A stretch of DNA of 64,000 nucleotides from Sedimentisphaerales bacterium (GTDB lineage Bacteria; Planctomycetota; Phycisphaerae; Sedimentisphaerales; Anaerobacaceae): the NCBI GenBank assembly GCA_963708075.1, contig OY970194.1, positions 320,001 through 384,000 of the forward strand, in the 5' to 3' direction. A program made the translations under genes and the position numbers. Numbering within the stretch: the first letter of the stretch is position 1; the number at the start of each line of letters is the position of its first letter. Positions 12,401 to 21,091 of this stretch are shown here, piece by piece. The notes under the pieces are model-generated. The model did not search any database, had not been told where the DNA came from, and was given only the letters and a program-made list of their open reading frames with translations.

Positions 12401-12990
12401 CGAAAGAAGCGGCGGGGCACGGCAACGGCGCGGGGGACGTGAATAAGGACGGGCGGTGCGACGTGATCGCGCCGCGCGGCTGGGTCGAGCAGACCACCGG
12501 CGGGTGGCAATGGCATCCGGAGTTCGATCTTGGCAGCGCGAGCATCCCGGTCCTTGTCCATGATGTGGATGGCGACGGTGATTCAGATATCATCTACGGC
12601 TTCGGGCACAACTACGGCCTCTTCTGGCTCGAACAGACGAAGAATGGCGACCAGCGAGCGTGGGAGAAGCACCTGATCGACGATTCGTGGTCCCAGCCGC
12701 ACTTCATGCTTATGGCCGACCTCGACAAGGACGGCAAGGATGAACTGCTTACGGGCAAACGCTACTACGCCCATAACGGCAATGATCCGGGCGAGAACGA
12801 CCCGCGCTGCGTGTACTATTACGATTTCGACGGTTCCACGAAGAAGTGGACCCGTCACGTTGTCCACGAGGGCGGCACCGTCGCGTTCGGCATCAACACC
12901 GGCGTCGCCGATCTCGATGGCGACGGCGACCTCGACATTGTGGCCCCGGGCAAGAGTGGATTATATTTGATCGAGAACCTTGTGAAGTGA
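9442..12990 (+). CDS. Secreted HEAT-repeat protein fused to a PA14-like domain and FG-GAP/VCBS repeats
   Basis: About 650 aa of HEAT repeats (VRAAALEALG), then FSDDGVKAWLNGK, then repeated DxDGDG motifs (DVNRDGKLDI, DLDGDGDLDIV). Confidence 0.85.
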   Translation: MSTLRITVVFAVTAICCSGTTFAMSVDEALARLKTYKFGQENEAINTLRDAATGSFNDPATRQKLAAGLAAILESDATNDARHFACRQLTLIGGEAQVPALAKLLTDQEMSQMARYALARIPSEAVDRALLDALNKTDGANRLGIINTLGSRRSNAAVEPLTKLLTNEQAEIASEAAVALSRIGTPAAAHALEGTLKSGNGRMVDAYLNCADALCATGNREAAAAMYGRVLDSDLPGYVRAAALQGCSVAAPAGAVVTRVVAALKSGDKQLEMVAAEVARGIPGPQASLLLATALSGLPSGSQVRLIRAMADRGDGAAREAVTRACGSEDARVRAAALEALGTVGDVTSIPMLIKATGGTEAERTAARTSLVALRGQGVDEALIARLNAADAREQVEVITAVTSRGVVEAVPAMLKAAGSNKREVRAAAVAGLRELAEAQHVPAMVDLFASADAGERDEVRKMLVAVARRCKAEKQASQGVAAKLDAGTQNRSSLLSALGELGDESGLAWIRKALGDKDQDVRRAAIVALGGWPNAQPLPDLLQVAQSRENATHQVLALRGYVDLVGRAGSMAPDEKVRCYETALGLCSNAAEKRRVFSALPQVKTLGALKLAAAHMADAEIGQETALAAVTIANGIYVTDTEPVKEVLQRVAAADVRKEIKDQANKTLGEIEMRKSYLADWEVAGPYMEKGQNYSQLFDTPFGPEVKDAEVAWRKMPISTEGQHPAYLDLLKELNGGEQRVAYLRTKIESPDAKPVTLEVFSDDGVKAWLNGKVVHSNNIARPIMPEPDRVNVTLAKGTNTLMLKVTQNNLPWGAVVRVREAKTVEAKVGKGFKLHVINADSRFEAAGILDVNRDGKLDILSGGFWYEAPDWKKHFVREIKEEGNYFYDFANLPMDVDGDGWTDTVGAAWHNKMVYWVRNPGKTDEPWQVFEIDTPGNMETALAVDINGDGQPDILPNIMSEAAWYEFHRDAAAPQKVRWEKHALPKEAAGHGNGAGDVNKDGRCDVIAPRGWVEQTTGGWQWHPEFDLGSASIPVLVHDVDGDGDSDIIYGFGHNYGLFWLEQTKNGDQRAWEKHLIDDSWSQPHFMLMADLDKDGKDELLTGKRYYAHNGNDPGENDPRCVYYYDFDGSTKKWTRHVVHEGGTVAFGINTGVADLDGDGDLDIVAPGKSGLYLIENLVK

Positions 12991-13073
12991 TTGATGATGG
13001 ATGATGGATGATTGGCCACGGCGAAGCCCGCGGTGCTCTTCAATCATCAATAATCAATCATCCATAATCAATA
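12988..13073. repeat. Heptamer-repeat palindrome
   Basis: TGATTGATGATGGATGATGGATGATTG ... CAATCATCAATAATCAATCATCCATAATCAAT inverted arms. Confidence 0.75.
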
Positions 13074-13092
13074 TGAATGGGAGATGCGCATC

Positions 13093-14521
13093 ATGCCGAA
13101 ACCTAAGATTGCGATGATCGGAGCGGGGAGTCTTATTTTCTGCAAAACGCTGACGATGGACATCCTGGCCACGCCGGCCCTGCAGGACAGCGAAATCTGC
13201 CTGATGAACCGGACGAAGCCCAAGCTCGACAAGATGAAGGCCTTTGTCAAGGAAGCCGTCGCGGAGAACAAACTGCCGACGAAGGTGACGGCGACGCTCG
13301 ACCGCCGCAAGGCCCTGGAGGGCGCCAAGTACGTCATCAACATGATCCAGATCGGCGGTGTCGACGCGTTTCGCATGGACTACGAGATCCCGCTCAAGTA
13401 CGGCGTCGATCAGTGCATCGCGGATTCTATCGGCCCCGGCGGCGTGTTCCGGGCGCTTCGGACGATTCCAGCCTTGGCCGAGATGTCGCGGGACATGAAC
13501 GAACTGTGCCCTGATGCGATCCTCCTGAACTACGCCAACCCCATGGGGGCGAACTGCTCGGCTCTGGGACGCGTGGCGAATGTCCAGTTCATCGGCCTCT
13601 GTCACGGTGTCCAGACGACGCTCGATCTGATCAGCCGGTACGTGAATGTGCCCAAGGACCAGGTCGATTATGTCTGCGCCGGTATCAACCACATGGCGTG
13701 GTTCCTCGGCCTGAGGGACAAGCGTGACGGCCGCGATCTGTACCCAATCCTCCGCCAGAACGTCGAGAAGCCCGAGTACTACCTGAACGAGAAAGTCCGC
13801 GCCGAGGTCATGCGGCACTTCGGCTACTTCATGACCGAGAGCACGGGGCATCTGTCCGAGTACGTGCCATGGTTCCGCAGCAGTCGCAGGGCGCTGGACC
13901 TGTACTGCGATCAGCCCGGTTTTGGCGGGGCCTCCGGGGCGTACTTCAACTACTGCAATATGCTGGCGGAGAAGTACAAGAAGGTGAACTACCTGGCGAC
14001 CGAATCGAGGAAGATTCAGCGTCGCAGCGTCGAATATTGCTCCTACATTCTCGAAGCCGCGGGAGACCGGCCGCACATTCCAGCTCAACGGCAACGTGCG
14101 CAACGACGGCTACATCACCAACCTGCCGCAGGGCTGCTGCGTGGAAGTGCCAGTCTTCGTCGATTCCCGCGGCCTCCACCCCGTGCGAATCGGCAACCTG
14201 CCGCCGCAGTGTGCGGCCCTGAATCAAAGCAATGTCACTGTCCAGCAGCTTGCGGTGGAAGCGGCCCTGACGGGCGACCCCGAGCACGCGATGCAGGCGA
14301 TCGCGCTCGACCCGCTGACTTCCACCGTCTGCACCCTGAAGGAAGTCCGGGACATGACGCGCGAGATGCTCGAAGCCCAGAAGCAGTGGCTGCCTGAATT
14401 CGAAGGCAAACGTCTGCCGGCCAAGCCCACCGTGGAGATTCCTATGGATGTGACGCCCGTCGATGTCCCGCTCGATCCGGCCCTGGCCATCGCCAACCGG
14501 TTCCAGGAACTGGCCAAGTAG
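13093..14521 (+). CDS. GH4 NAD+-dependent glycoside hydrolase (alpha-galactosidase/alpha-glucosidase-like); apparent +1 frameshift ~14062
   Basis: KIAMIGAGS, LLNYANPM, IGLCHG, GINHMAW. The C-terminus NVRNDGYITNLP..CCVEVP lies in another frame. Confidence 0.9.
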
Positions 14522-14543
14522 CTGACGCCTGAGGCCGCTGTCT

Positions 14544-14698
14544 GTCATGTCTCGACTGCGCTTCGCTGCGCTCCTGAGAGACTGATCGGTTGGGGTACCG
14601 GACTTGCGCTTGCGTAGGCATGGCACCCAAACCGTATCCTGTCACATCGCGTTTCTTCCCGACACTGGCCACCAGGCGGCGTAGCGACTCGACATGGC
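14544..14698. repeat. Composite palindromic element containing a GCATGGCACCC-family repeat
   Basis: GTCATGTC...GACATGGC outer arms; inner GCGTAGGCATGGCACCC similar to the copies at 29655 and 63520. Confidence 0.5.
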
Positions 14699-15008
14699 AA
14701 GTACAAGGGCCGCCACGATATCGAATCATACACGTCTGTCGAAGGACCGTCACATCCAGCAGACGCAGGTTCCACATGTCCCGCTTTTCCTCCAGAGATT
14801 CAGGGTATTCGTCAGTCGCGGGGACACGCCACGTGGTCCACTCACCCATGGGGGACGCAATGCCCGGAGAAACCCGTATCGCCTACTGACTTGTCTATGA
14901 AAATTGAAGTCCCGCCCGATGTCGGTCGAAGAGACTGGTATGGGGCTGTCGCAAGACCCTTGCGGCGTGGGACACGGCTGTTTGCAGTACGCCCGATAGA
15001 GAATATTC

Positions 15009-15037
15009 TTGACAGCCCCGCCGTCGCATGGCACAAT
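15009..15037 (+). promoter_or_regulatory. Putative sigma70 promoter
   Basis: TTGACA-17 bp-CACAAT with extended TG, about 40 bp before the ATG at 15079. Confidence 0.55.
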
Positions 15038-15078
15038 AAGGAAAATACTCAAGGTGGCTAAGTAAAATCCTGTAGAAC

Positions 15079-16164
15079 ATGCGTAGTTTGGGTGTATGTC
15101 TATTTCTTGCAGCGGTTGTTCTGTGCAGCCCCTGCTCCACGTGCCGCTGCTCCGACCAGAAGCTGCCGGCCCAAGCGGCACCCTCCCCAAGCTCCGACCT
15201 GATCGATCTGACAACGATCAAGTCCCTAATAGGCGAACCTATCCAGGTGAGCACGACGGAGCATTTTGCCATTGTTCACGAGGCCGGGGCAAGCTACATA
15301 TCCGGCACGAGCAGAACACTGGAACGCGCCCACCAGCAGTTCTACGAAGCGTTCTCTTTGGCGAGGTTCGACCTGGCCCGGTCGGCGGATCGGCTTGTCT
15401 GGATCTGCTTTCCGCAGCAAAGCAAGTTCGACGAGTATGCCCTGCGCGTGGAAGGAACAGATTTGTCATGGCTGGACGGCTACTACTCGACACTGACGAA
15501 CCGCGTTGCTGTGGTGGAGCCGAGCCCGAGGTCGTTGCAGCGTGACAAGGCGGACGCCCCTTCGAAATCCGGCAGTCTGGTGAATCTCATTGCGAATACG
15601 CAGTCCCACGAAGAGGTTTTGCCGATGTCGGCTGTGGATTCGCAAATGGATGTTGCCAGACTGACGCACGAACTGGCCCATCAACTGGCGTTCAACAGCG
15701 GGCTGCAGAAGCGCGGCGTCATGTACCCGTTCTGGGTCTCCGAGGGCTTGGCCACGAATTTCGAGTTTGAGTGGTTGGCAGGCCCCGGCTTTGCGAACTG
15801 CAGCACAGCGCGGCACGATTGCCTCGTCAAGACTCATGCGGCGGGGGACCTGGTTCCGCTCAAACAGTTCATAGTCCAGGCGAAAGTGCCCGCCAGTGCT
15901 GCCCGCAGCAGGCGTTACTATGCTCAGGCGTGGGCGTTCTTCCAATACCTGCTGACCGAACGTGGTGAGAGCCTGCGGAATTATCTGCTTCGACTCTCGA
16001 ATCTCCCGCCCGGCCAACGCACCGCAAAGGTCTTGCTCCGCGAGTTTACGGGCTCCTTCGGCTCGCTTGACGAGGTGGAAAGCTCATGGAATGCATTCCT
16101 CGATCATCAGGCGCAGCAGACCCAGGATTCGACCGATTCCGCACCCTCGACAATCCAGAAGTAA
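15079..16164 (+). CDS. DUF1570-like exported protein with HExxH motif
   Basis: GYYSTLTNRV, THELAHQLAFNSGL, WVSEGLA, YYAQAWA. Confidence 0.8.
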   Translation: MRSLGVCLFLAAVVLCSPCSTCRCSDQKLPAQAAPSPSSDLIDLTTIKSLIGEPIQVSTTEHFAIVHEAGASYISGTSRTLERAHQQFYEAFSLARFDLARSADRLVWICFPQQSKFDEYALRVEGTDLSWLDGYYSTLTNRVAVVEPSPRSLQRDKADAPSKSGSLVNLIANTQSHEEVLPMSAVDSQMDVARLTHELAHQLAFNSGLQKRGVMYPFWVSEGLATNFEFEWLAGPGFANCSTARHDCLVKTHAAGDLVPLKQFIVQAKVPASAARSRRYYAQAWAFFQYLLTERGESLRNYLLRLSNLPPGQRTAKVLLREFTGSFGSLDEVESSWNAFLDHQAQQTQDSTDSAPSTIQK

Positions 16165-16389
16165 GCGGTGAAGCAGGCGAGGTCCCTGCAGTATCCGCCG
16201 CCATTCTTATATCCATCTGCGTATTCGCCCTACGAACAATTGGCCTCTTTCCTATAAGCCTCTGCGCACCGTTGCGGTTACTCTGAAGCGTTGGATCGGG
16301 GAGCCATCCAACAGCCTGAGTGTGAATCAGCGGCCACGGGCCGTTGGCTCAGACTGAGATTGGCACTCTATTCTTTGGGGGATAGCAGC

Positions 16390-17967
16390 ATGAACAGAGG
16401 ATTATTCATCAAGGGGCTATTGTTCGTAAGCGTGGTCGGCCTGGTGTGCGGCTACGCGTTTGCGGCACAGTCATCCGCGCAGAACGATCCGAACAAGCCC
16501 GCTACAGGGGACCAGACAACCTCACAGCCGGGCGCCGGCACAGCCGGACAGACAGCCACGCAGCCGGGCGCTGGGATGGCTGGACAAATGGCACAACAGC
16601 CCACGCAGCTCGTGAAGACCAACGATGTGATCGGGAAGAAGCTGGCGAATTCCCAGAACGAGGATTTGGGAACTATCCATGATCTCGTCTTGACGCGGGA
16701 CTACCAGCAGGTGTCTTATGCCGCCTTGGCCCGTGGCGGTGTCCTTGGCGTCGGCAGCAAGCTCTTTGCGGTTCCCTGGACCGCCATCAAAGTGGGAACG
16801 GATGGAAAACCGACAGCCAATATCAGCAAACAGACGCTCGATCAGGCTACGGGCTTCGATGACAAGAACTGGCCCAGCCAGGGTGACTCGCGGCTGCTGA
16901 GCGCCGGCGCCGCAGGTACCGCCGCCATGGGGACAACACCCTCCGATCGATCGACAGCCGGTGCCACAGCATCGTCCGCCGATCAATCACGCAGTTCCGC
17001 CTCCTCTGCGGGCACAAGCCAGGACCCGAACAGGACCATGAGTCGGGACAGGACCCGAAGCACAGTACCCAATGAGGATATGTACTCAGGACGGATGTCG
17101 GCATCGGCGAACAGGGATATCCAGAGTCGCAGGGTGAGCAAGCTCACCGGGTCGTCGGTAAGAAATCCGCAGAATGAGGACATTGGGGACATCGAGGAGT
17201 TTGTCATCGATGCTCCGACGGGACACGTTGCGTACACGATCGTATCCTTTGGCGGTCTCTGGGGAATCGGTGAGAAGTATGCGGCGATACCTACCGGCGC
17301 CGTCGATTTCCAGCCGCGGCAGGGCATCGCCAGGATCAGTGCCGACAGGAAAGCCCTGGAGTCTGTGGCTTTCGATCCCGGCAACTGGCCTGACTTGATG
17401 AACCGCGAGTATTCGCAGCGTCTGCACACGACGTTCAAAGAGGACGCTTCGCGGCCGGCGCTCGGATACGTGGCGCCGGGTGAGTCACAGCAGCCTGCAA
17501 TGAGCTCGCAACAAGCCTGGTCTGCGCAGGGCGAGTACGCCAAGAACTTCGATGCCGGCAAGATCACCACGATCCAAGGAACAGTCCAGAGCGTCGGTAC
17601 GTTCCAGCCGGCGAAAGGCGTTGCCGAGGGCTTGCGTCTGAGAGTGAAGACGTCCGATGGCAAGACGATCACTGTGCATGCGGGCCCGGTGTCGTTCGCT
17701 CAGCAGAAGAATTTCACGCTGAGTCCCGGGGATAATGTCACGATCACCGGATCGGATACCAAGATTGGCTGGCGATCGGCGTTCCTGGCCTCCGAGATCA
17801 AGAAGGGCGACCAGACGCTGCAACTGCGCAGCAAGACGGGCGAGCCGCTATGGTCGATGCAGGGTCAGGCCGGCCAGACAGGCATGTCCAGTCAGACCGG
17901 CACGTCCGATCAGACCGGCACTTCGGGTCAGCAGACGCGGCGCGGCACCACGCGTCCACAGTATTAG
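16390..17967 (+). CDS. Exported protein with two PRC-barrel domains and a C-terminal OB-fold-like domain
   Basis: Two LG.I.DLV...YA.L..GG.LG.G.K..A.P units, signal peptide, Q/T/S-rich linkers. Confidence 0.8.
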   Translation: MNRGLFIKGLLFVSVVGLVCGYAFAAQSSAQNDPNKPATGDQTTSQPGAGTAGQTATQPGAGMAGQMAQQPTQLVKTNDVIGKKLANSQNEDLGTIHDLVLTRDYQQVSYAALARGGVLGVGSKLFAVPWTAIKVGTDGKPTANISKQTLDQATGFDDKNWPSQGDSRLLSAGAAGTAAMGTTPSDRSTAGATASSADQSRSSASSAGTSQDPNRTMSRDRTRSTVPNEDMYSGRMSASANRDIQSRRVSKLTGSSVRNPQNEDIGDIEEFVIDAPTGHVAYTIVSFGGLWGIGEKYAAIPTGAVDFQPRQGIARISADRKALESVAFDPGNWPDLMNREYSQRLHTTFKEDASRPALGYVAPGESQQPAMSSQQAWSAQGEYAKNFDAGKITTIQGTVQSVGTFQPAKGVAEGLRLRVKTSDGKTITVHAGPVSFAQQKNFTLSPGDNVTITGSDTKIGWRSAFLASEIKKGDQTLQLRSKTGEPLWSMQGQAGQTGMSSQTGTSDQTGTSGQQTRRGTTRPQY

Positions 17968-18000
17968 AGCCACCACAGAACAACAAGAGAGTGTCTCATG

Positions 18001-18038
18001 AGCCGCAGCCCTTGGGCAGTGATCTGAGGGCTGCGGCT
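18001..18038 (+). terminator. GC-rich hairpin after the PRC-barrel gene
   Basis: AGCCGCAGCCCT...AGGGCTGCGGCT 12-bp stem; no clear U-tract. Confidence 0.4.
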
Positions 18039-18627
18039 GCACTCTCCACATGTCACCTCCGGTGCGTCGGCTCGCAGTCTATGGACAAGCGACTCGGCCG
18101 ATAAATCCCGTTGGCTCCGGACGGCTCATCGATTTGTCCGTTTCATGCCGGCACACTGCGCCTTCGATTCAAGCATCCCGGTGAGATAGCTTTCTCTCGA
18201 AGACAATCTCACGACCTCCCTCCTTTTGCCTCTGCTTCGACTCACAGATCATGTCCGTCGCCAATTCCCGCAGAGCCCGTGACGGCTCACCTGCACAGGC
18301 GTCTACTTGGTTGATCCCCAGTCTGCGAAACCAGCGGAAGTCAGCTCAATCCACAATACCCGCGCGGATAGCCTTGGCAGCAGCAACTACTCAGAAATTG
18401 GCGATGCACCGTTGCTTGCTATACTAAGTTACTGTATTATCAGGACTTCAGTGATTGACTGAGATCAGGTGGCAATATGATCCCGGTGGAAATGAAGGAT
18501 ACAGCCGATATAGCGAGCGCCCAGCTTCATATGGTCGTGGTGAAAGTGGGAATCTGGGCAAAATGGCTGGCGAGCAACGATGATAATCGCTCATCTTGCG
18601 CCGCACGGAGCACGGAAAGGCTACAGG

Positions 18628-21060
18628 ATGGAAAAATATGTTTGCATACACGGACACTTCTACCAGCCCCCGCGGGAGAATCCGTGGCTCGAATATGTCG
18701 AATTGCAGGATTCCGCATACCCGTATCACGATTGGAATGCGCGCATTACGGAGGAGTGCTACAGGCAGAATGCCGCCTCTCGCATCCTCGGGCCTGATCG
18801 CAAGATCATTGAGATCGTCAACAACTACGAGAGCATCAGCTTCGATTTCGGCCCGACCCTGGTCTACTGGCTCGAATCCCACGCTCCGGATGTGTACGAG
18901 CGGGTTCTGGAGGCAGACAGGATCAGTCGCGAGAGGTTCTCCGGGCATGGCTGCGCGATGGCTCAGGCCTATAACCATGTGATCCTGCCGCTGGCGAGCA
19001 TGCGTGATAAGCACACGCAGGTACTCTGGGGTATCGAGGATTTCAAGCGGCGGTTTCAGAGAGACCCGGAGGGGATGTGGCTGCCGGAGACGGCCGTGGA
19101 TCTGGCCACGCTCGAAGTGCTGGTGGATTACGGGATCAAGTTCACGATTCTAGCCCCTCGGCAGGCGAAGCGAACGCGGAAGACAGGAGCGGGGCGCCGG
19201 TGGCGCGATGTGAATGAGAGCGACGTGGACACGACCGTGCCATACATCTGCATTCTTCCTTCCGGAAGGCAGATTGTGCTGTTCTTCTACAGTGGGCGGC
19301 CTTCCCACGACATCGCGTACGGCGGGTTGCTGCACAGCGGCGAGAACTTCGCCCGGCGGATCATGGATTCCTTCCCCCCGGAGGACGGGCAGGCGCACCT
19401 GGCTCACGTGGCTACGGATGGTGAATCGTTCGGCCATCATCATCATCACGGCGATATGGCCCTGGCGTACTGCCTGCACCATATTCAGGAAAACCGTCTG
19501 GCCAAAATAACGACCTATGCCGAGTTCCTCGCGAAATTCCCGCCCGAGTACGAGGCGGAGATCTGGGAGAGCAGCTCCTGGAGTTGTGCGCATGGGGTGG
19601 AGCGATGGCGTGGCAATTGCGGCTGTGCCGCCGATCCGTCGCGTTCCGGCCGCCAGCAGTGGCGTGCCCCGCTGCGCCACGCCATGGATTGGCTGCGGGA
19701 CAAGATCGCCGAGGTCTACGAAGCCCGCATGTCGAAGTATCATCCAGACCCCTGGAAGCTCCGCAACGAGTACATATCGGTTATCAATGACCGATCCCAG
19801 GAGAATGTACGGAACTTCATCACAAAGGCGGCCGGCCGGGAGTTGAATCACGAGGACAAGGTCACTTTCCTGAAGCTGCTGGAGATGCAGCGCAACGGCT
19901 TGCTCATGTACACGAGCTGCGGGTGGTTCTTCGATAACCTCTGCGGCATCGAAGCCGTGCAGGTGATGATGTACGCCGCTCGGGCCATGCAACTGTGTCA
20001 CGAGATCCAGAGTTGGAATCTCGAGCCCGAATTCAAGGGCATGCTCCAGAACGCTCCCACGGACACGAGACCCTTCACCAACGGACGGGAAGTGTATGAA
20101 GCGTATGTAGAGCCCGCCCGCATCGATCTGCATCGCGTCGGCGCCCATTTCGCGCTGAGCTCGGTCTTCGAGGAATCGGCGGAAGAAAAGACGGACATCT
20201 ACTGCTACTCGGCCTCGATCGAGGACTTCGAGCGCGTGGAAGCCGGCGTCCAGATCCTCACGACAAGCCGGACCAAGATCCATTCGAACATCACGCTCGA
20301 GGAATACGCCGTCGATTCGGCGGTGCTCTATCTGGGCGACCATCATCTCTTTGCGTCCGTGCAGGGGCGAATGACCGACGAGCAGTTCAAGCGCAACCGC
20401 CAGGACCTGAGCAAGGCATTTCGCAAAGGCGACAGCAATGAGGTCATGCGGCTGATGAACACCGCCTTCAGCGGAAAGAACTATTCACTCACCCACCTGT
20501 TCAAGGATCAGCAGCGGCAAATTCTCAATGACCTGCTTGAAAGCACCTGGGAGGAGATCGAGAGCTCCTTCCGCCACATCTACGAGCACAATTACGCCAT
20601 CATGCAGATGATCCGGAACATGAACATGCCGCTGCCCAAGGCCCTCTCGGCGCCGGCGGAGTTCATTCTGAACCAGGACATCTGCGCCGCGATCCAGGCG
20701 GATGAGATCGATCTGCACCGGCTGCGGGACCTGGCCGATGAAGCGGAGCAGTTGTCGCTGAGCCTGGACAAGGAGCGATTGAGCTTCGAAGGCAGCCGCA
20801 AGATCGACAGGCTCACGAGCCAATGGCGAGATAACCCGGAAGACCTCGACCTCCTGTGGTCCATCGAGAAGGGCCTGGAAATCCTCCGCATGCTGACGCC
20901 CGAAATGGACCTGCAGCACGCACAGAACGTTTTCTTTACGGTTGCCAGGGGGAAGTACCCGGAGATGAGGCGCAAGGCCGAGGCCGCCGATGAGAAAGCG
21001 GCCCGATGGGTTGAGCACTTCGGCCATCTCGCACAGCGCCTGGGTCTGGCAATCCCATAG
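18628..21060 (+). CDS. GH57 family glycoside hydrolase with DUF3536-like C-terminus
   Basis: HGHFYQPPRENPW, GMWLPETAVD, ATDGESFGHH, SWSCAHGVERW, MYTSCGWFFD. Confidence 0.92.
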   Translation: MEKYVCIHGHFYQPPRENPWLEYVELQDSAYPYHDWNARITEECYRQNAASRILGPDRKIIEIVNNYESISFDFGPTLVYWLESHAPDVYERVLEADRISRERFSGHGCAMAQAYNHVILPLASMRDKHTQVLWGIEDFKRRFQRDPEGMWLPETAVDLATLEVLVDYGIKFTILAPRQAKRTRKTGAGRRWRDVNESDVDTTVPYICILPSGRQIVLFFYSGRPSHDIAYGGLLHSGENFARRIMDSFPPEDGQAHLAHVATDGESFGHHHHHGDMALAYCLHHIQENRLAKITTYAEFLAKFPPEYEAEIWESSSWSCAHGVERWRGNCGCAADPSRSGRQQWRAPLRHAMDWLRDKIAEVYEARMSKYHPDPWKLRNEYISVINDRSQENVRNFITKAAGRELNHEDKVTFLKLLEMQRNGLLMYTSCGWFFDNLCGIEAVQVMMYAARAMQLCHEIQSWNLEPEFKGMLQNAPTDTRPFTNGREVYEAYVEPARIDLHRVGAHFALSSVFEESAEEKTDIYCYSASIEDFERVEAGVQILTTSRTKIHSNITLEEYAVDSAVLYLGDHHLFASVQGRMTDEQFKRNRQDLSKAFRKGDSNEVMRLMNTAFSGKNYSLTHLFKDQQRQILNDLLESTWEEIESSFRHIYEHNYAIMQMIRNMNMPLPKALSAPAEFILNQDICAAIQADEIDLHRLRDLADEAEQLSLSLDKERLSFEGSRKIDRLTSQWRDNPEDLDLLWSIEKGLEILRMLTPEMDLQHAQNVFFTVARGKYPEMRRKAEAADEKAARWVEHFGHLAQRLGLAIP

Positions 21061-21091
21061 AAGATTTGAAATTCGAGATCATGGAAGAGAT

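Noticed and set aside
17968..18627. Riboswitch or small gene in the 660 bp gap before GH57
   Set aside because: Only one hairpin was found; no recognisable aptamer or convincing ORF.
19435..19449. Poly-His run in GH57 as an engineered tag
   Set aside because: It extends the native DGE.FGHH motif in mid-protein.
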